This document shows positions 60,478-64,000 of a DNA stretch of 64,000 bases, in pieces (positions within the stretch are counted from its first letter, which is position 1; the number at the start of each line of letters is the position of its first letter). The stretch lies in the NCBI GenBank assembly GCA_965249545.1, contig CBDFMH010000005.1, positions 512,328 through 576,327 on the forward strand, given 5' to 3'. Origin of the DNA: Pirellulales bacterium (lineage in GTDB: Bacteria; Planctomycetota; Planctomycetia; Pirellulales; UBA1268). Under the pieces are notes generated by a model. It worked only from the letters and a program-made list of their open reading frames with translations, ran no database searches and was not told the origin of the DNA. The position numbers were made by a program, and so were the translations under genes.

Positions 60478-60822
60478 TCAATCTCTTGTACGAACAACAT
60501 GCGGCTCTCCGCAACGATCCCAGCGAATTGTTGCACTGAAATCACAGCAACAGTAGTCGACATGCGTTACACCACTGCCAATCAGAGCACATCGAGTCGA
60601 TACATCTGGTGCCTCACAGACACAGCATTCAGGTACACAGAGTGTGACTGGTACTGGGCAGCCATCACATGGACTACAAATCATCAGGCAGATTTCGACC
60701 TTAGGTGGCGGTGGACAACGGTCTTTTCCACAACAACCAAAAAGCCCCGCATCAGCATGGCTGGAACCCAAAACAACAACAACCATCGCTGCTACTATTG
60801 AGAATGTTTTCCACGTTTTCAC
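60478..60822 (-). CDS. Secreted cysteine/proline-rich small protein (16 Cys in ~91 mature residues)
   Basis: GTG at 60822 is preceded by GAAGGAG 8 nt upstream. Signal VKTWKTFSIVAAMVVVVLGSSHA. Mature part has CC, CxxC, CC-x-C and CCC clusters. Confidence 0.6.
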   Translation of the reverse strand: MKTWKTFSIVAAMVVVVLGSSHADAGLFGCCGKDRCPPPPKVEICLMICSPCDGCPVPVTLCVPECCVCEAPDVSTRCALIGSGVTHVDYCCCDFSATIRWDRCGEPHVVRTRD

Positions 60823-60945
60823 GTTGAAACTCCTTCGGTATATCGAGTGAATTGAAACTGCCAACAATAGTACCAACGATAAAACTGAAAATCGAGTTTT
60901 TAGGTACTTTTTTCAAAAAGTACCTAAAACACGCCAAACAAAGCT

Positions 60946-62355
60946 TTATGGCAACTCCCAACCTTCACGATAGGACCGGCTCACGAATTGGTTCACTTCA
61001 GAAACATTTGGACTTTTTAGTTTTTCGGCATCCCACTGAATTCGTGTTCCCTCGCCAGCCCGCAGTGCGAGGTTCCCAATAAGTATTGTTTCGGTGAGGC
61101 GACCTGCGTAGCCAAAATTAGACATCGTCCCAGGTTCATACTCTCCCTTGATCGAACTCACAAACTCCCATTTCTGACGCTGATCACCACTTCCTTTAAA
61201 TGGAATTCGTGGCAACGTTTCAACCGGTGGCTTAAAGTCAACAAAATCTTCTTCTGGTAAAAGAAAATAACGTGCTCCGTATGAATCCGGTGAGAACAGG
61301 ACACCCTTGCTTCCAACAACAACAGCACCACTTGTTTTCCGACCGCCTTCTTTTTGCTTGATTACTTTCTGTTGGAATGATTCGGGAAGCTGTTTGATTA
61401 TTGCTTCTGGTGGAAGTTCACCTCCGTCATACCAATGGAACTTACACGGTGGCAGACCATCTCGCTTGCCAAACTCAAAGAGAAGATGTGAACTGCCAGG
61501 GAATGTCTCGCCCTCAAAAATACCAGGGTTTTTCACCGCGGTCACCGCATCGGCATCAAAGAGCTTCAGTGCCATAATTGGCATATTCGTCGTGTGACAG
61601 GCCATGTCACCAAGCGCTCCAGTTCCAAAATCAACCCATCCACGCCAGTTGAAGGAGTGGTAAACGCCTTTTTTAAATGGACGCATCGGTGCTGGGCCTA
61701 TCCAGGCATCCCAGTTGAGGTTTTCCGGAACTGGATCTTCACCAGTGGGTCTACCCTTGCCTTGTGGCCAGACGGGTCGATTCGTCCAAACATGGACTTC
61801 TGCTACATCTCCGATTGCACCACTTCGAATGACTTCGACTGCCTCACGCAGGCCATTCTCACTCGTACCCTGATTGCCCATCTGTGTGACAACGCCCATT
61901 TCCTCCGCCGTCTGACGCATCAGCCGAGCTTCATGGATAGACCAGGTCAGAGGCTTTTGACAGTACACATGTTTCTTCATTTGCATTGCCTTTAACGCTG
62001 CAACAGCATGTGTATGATCAGGCGTACTGACCGTCACAATGTCGATCTTGTCTCCAAGTTTCTCAAGCATTTCACGGAAGTCATCAAACTTTCCTGCATC
62101 GGGAAACTCCCGTGATTTTTTATCGACAGTTCCTCCATCAACATCACATAAACCGACAATACTGACTCCTTGTTCAGCAATATGGCTGGTATCGCTACTG
62201 CCCTTACCACCAACGCCGATACATGCAGCCGAAAGTCCTTGAAGAGCTGATTCATTAGCTCGTAAAACTGAGCTTCTACCCGACCAGACTCCAAAGCCAG
62301 CACCTATCGCAGCTGTACGACCGAGAAACTGTCGGCGGGATGTGGATGAACTCAT
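60946..62355 (-). CDS. Gfo/Idh/MocA-family oxidoreductase with Tat signal
   Basis: MSSSTSRRQFLGRTAAIGAGFG. Rossmann CIGVGGKGSSD. VSTPDHTHA. The alternative upstream ATG is at 62397. Confidence 0.9.
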   Translation of the reverse strand: MSSSTSRRQFLGRTAAIGAGFGVWSGRSSVLRANESALQGLSAACIGVGGKGSSDTSHIAEQGVSIVGLCDVDGGTVDKKSREFPDAGKFDDFREMLEKLGDKIDIVTVSTPDHTHAVAALKAMQMKKHVYCQKPLTWSIHEARLMRQTAEEMGVVTQMGNQGTSENGLREAVEVIRSGAIGDVAEVHVWTNRPVWPQGKGRPTGEDPVPENLNWDAWIGPAPMRPFKKGVYHSFNWRGWVDFGTGALGDMACHTTNMPIMALKLFDADAVTAVKNPGIFEGETFPGSSHLLFEFGKRDGLPPCKFHWYDGGELPPEAIIKQLPESFQQKVIKQKEGGRKTSGAVVVGSKGVLFSPDSYGARYFLLPEEDFVDFKPPVETLPRIPFKGSGDQRQKWEFVSSIKGEYEPGTMSNFGYAGRLTETILIGNLALRAGEGTRIQWDAEKLKSPNVSEVNQFVSRSYREGWELP

Positions 62356-62648
62356 GCGCGCTATTCCTTTGTAATGAAGGCTTACTTTTTCTTGCATCTC
62401 TTCTTATTGATAATCTACACAAGTCTAGGACTCTTTGATACGAGCAAGACAACATATACGTAATATTATTTCCGTCTCACACAACAATTCACATCCCTTG
62501 TTTACACTACTCACCTACCAAAAAACGGCCTTATGCTCGCCCTCAGGCTGAGTTGCAAACACATAATGTGTAATGAATTTATTTCTTACACATTATGATT
62601 AACGCAACGTTCAATACCATTTATCCAAGGTAAAAACCTGTGCTTACA

Positions 62649-63749
62649 ATGCCTTATCAATTGCTTCCTATGCGTTTTTCTCTTCTCCTGATCGTCGCAT
62701 GCTTCTCCAGTATCGCCATAGCAACTCCACCAAAGATTATTCTTCAGACAGGTGGTGTCATAAAAGAAAACAGTGATGGAGCCATTGTCGACATTGACCT
62801 CAGCGATCGTCCCCTGAATGACCAAATTATAGAAGCACTTGTTGCTCTTCCGGAACTTTCAGTACTACGGCTACGAAGAACATCGATTAGTGATGAACAA
62901 CTTGGTCAACTGACGTCACTCAAGCTACGAATGATTGACTTGAGAAACACGAACATCACAGATGCTGGACTCATTCACCTCGCTCAGATTCAGTCCCTGG
63001 TCGACATTCAGCTTGAAAAGAGCAAAATCACAGACGTTGGTGTTCAAAAGCTGGCTGATCTTGATCTCAAAAGTTTTAACGCCAACTACTGCACCAGTAT
63101 CAGTAATCGCTCATTGGCTGTTCTCGCCGCCATGCCGTCGCTCGAACAAGTCCAGCTTGATTACACAAAAATAAATGATGAGGGCATGACTGTGCTCGCA
63201 GCAACAAGCCGATTAAAACGGCTACGTATTCGTGGAGTTGATGTCACCGGTGCTGGGCTTATTCACATTGCGGGCTTAAAAGGCTTAAACCGACTCAACC
63301 TGCGTGACACATCACTTGATGATGCTGGCCTCTCAGTGATTGCTGGATTGCCGGCACTTGACTGGCTTGATATCAGTGAATGCCGACTCGCTACACCAAC
63401 TGGACTCGCCCAGCTAGGGAAAGCACGTACGCTTACTTACCTTGACCTCTGGGAAACGAAAACAAATGACACCGTCCTTGCCGCTTTCAATGAATTAACA
63501 AGTCTCAAAGTCTTAAATCTGAAGGCAACATCGACGACTGATGAATCACTGCCGGCAATCATGAAGATGAACCAACTTGCTGACCTTAATGTCGCTGGAA
63601 CCCAACTCACTGACAAAAGTTTTCTTGCTTTTGGAAAACTACCGTTGCTCAAAAAACTCAATGTAGCGAATACCGATATTGGATTTGATACTATCGATAT
63701 ACTTCTCGAAACACGTGATGATCTCGAAGTTATTGAATTTGAAAATTAA
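62649..63749 (+). CDS. Secreted leucine-rich-repeat protein
   Basis: Signal-like N-terminus. About 12 tandem ~24-25-aa LRRs of the form LxxLxLxxTxITDAGLxxLxxL. Confidence 0.85.
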   Translation: MPYQLLPMRFSLLLIVACFSSIAIATPPKIILQTGGVIKENSDGAIVDIDLSDRPLNDQIIEALVALPELSVLRLRRTSISDEQLGQLTSLKLRMIDLRNTNITDAGLIHLAQIQSLVDIQLEKSKITDVGVQKLADLDLKSFNANYCTSISNRSLAVLAAMPSLEQVQLDYTKINDEGMTVLAATSRLKRLRIRGVDVTGAGLIHIAGLKGLNRLNLRDTSLDDAGLSVIAGLPALDWLDISECRLATPTGLAQLGKARTLTYLDLWETKTNDTVLAAFNELTSLKVLNLKATSTTDESLPAIMKMNQLADLNVAGTQLTDKSFLAFGKLPLLKKLNVANTDIGFDTIDILLETRDDLEVIEFEN

Positions 63750-63790
63750 ACAAGTATCAAAAAAGCGGGGGGTTCTCCTGCCTGCTTTCT

Positions 63791-64000
63791 CTACGGAAAA
63801 AATGCGGATGAGATACTCAGGCCTGAATCACAACCCTGTCTTCTTTTGACTTCGACAACGTGCGGAACAGTATCGCACACTTGACCAACAGTTTTTCCAT
63901 TTCTTTCGCCAGGAAAATGGTCGGCCGCAAACAGCACATATTTTCTCACTACACGGAGGCTTGTGCGAGACACGACAGCGTGGAGGAGTGGGGGACACGA
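63791..64000 (-). CDS. 3' end of an unidentified gene running off the window
   Basis: The reading frame is open from the window edge to the stop at 63791 (…VLFAADHFPGERNGKTVGQVCDTVPHVVEVKRRQ…). No motif recognised. Confidence 0.3.
   Translation of the reverse strand, partial: SCPPLLHAVVSRTSLRVVRKYVLFAADHFPGERNGKTVGQVCDTVPHVVEVKRRQGCDSGLSISSAFFP

Overview
This 64-kb chromosomal window looks like a Planctomycetota genome. Supporting signs are paired DUF1592/PSCyt and DUF1552 genes, DUF1080, a Tat-signal Gfo/Idh/MocA oxidoreductase, an LRR protein, and an LEPRxxLSA-type N-terminus on a large secreted protease. I call about 55 protein-coding genes. I recognised no rRNA, tRNA, CRISPR array, transposase or integrase. 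Main blocks: (1) 0.3-16.1 kb holds two divergent DUF1592-DUF1552 pairs. The second pair sits in a visibly GC-richer island. Between them lie an amidohydrolase, a subtilase-like protein, a metzincin-EF-hand protein and copies of a ~200-nt 3'-flanking repeat. (2) 16.7-18.2 kb is a gene-decay stretch. (3) 22.0-27.4 kb is a probable zinc-homeostasis locus. It has a Fur-family (probably Zur) regulator divergent from a COG0523 GTPase-flavoprotein-membrane protein-hypothetical operon, plus a second COG0523 paralogue that has lost the CxCC motif. (4) Phosphate-scavenging genes are scattered through the window: EEP nuclease/phosphatases, a metallophosphoesterase, an EEP-PhoD fusion, GDPD, a Na/Pi cotransporter, and a long-form pstSCAB-phoU operon at 44.8-52.0 kb. 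(5) Housekeeping or stress genes include katG, trhO, glnII, a Ser/Thr kinase and a frameshifted selO. (6) Small secreted or hypothetical genes include a 16-Cys secreted protein. All functional calls rest on motifs read by eye and remembered family signatures. No database search was run.
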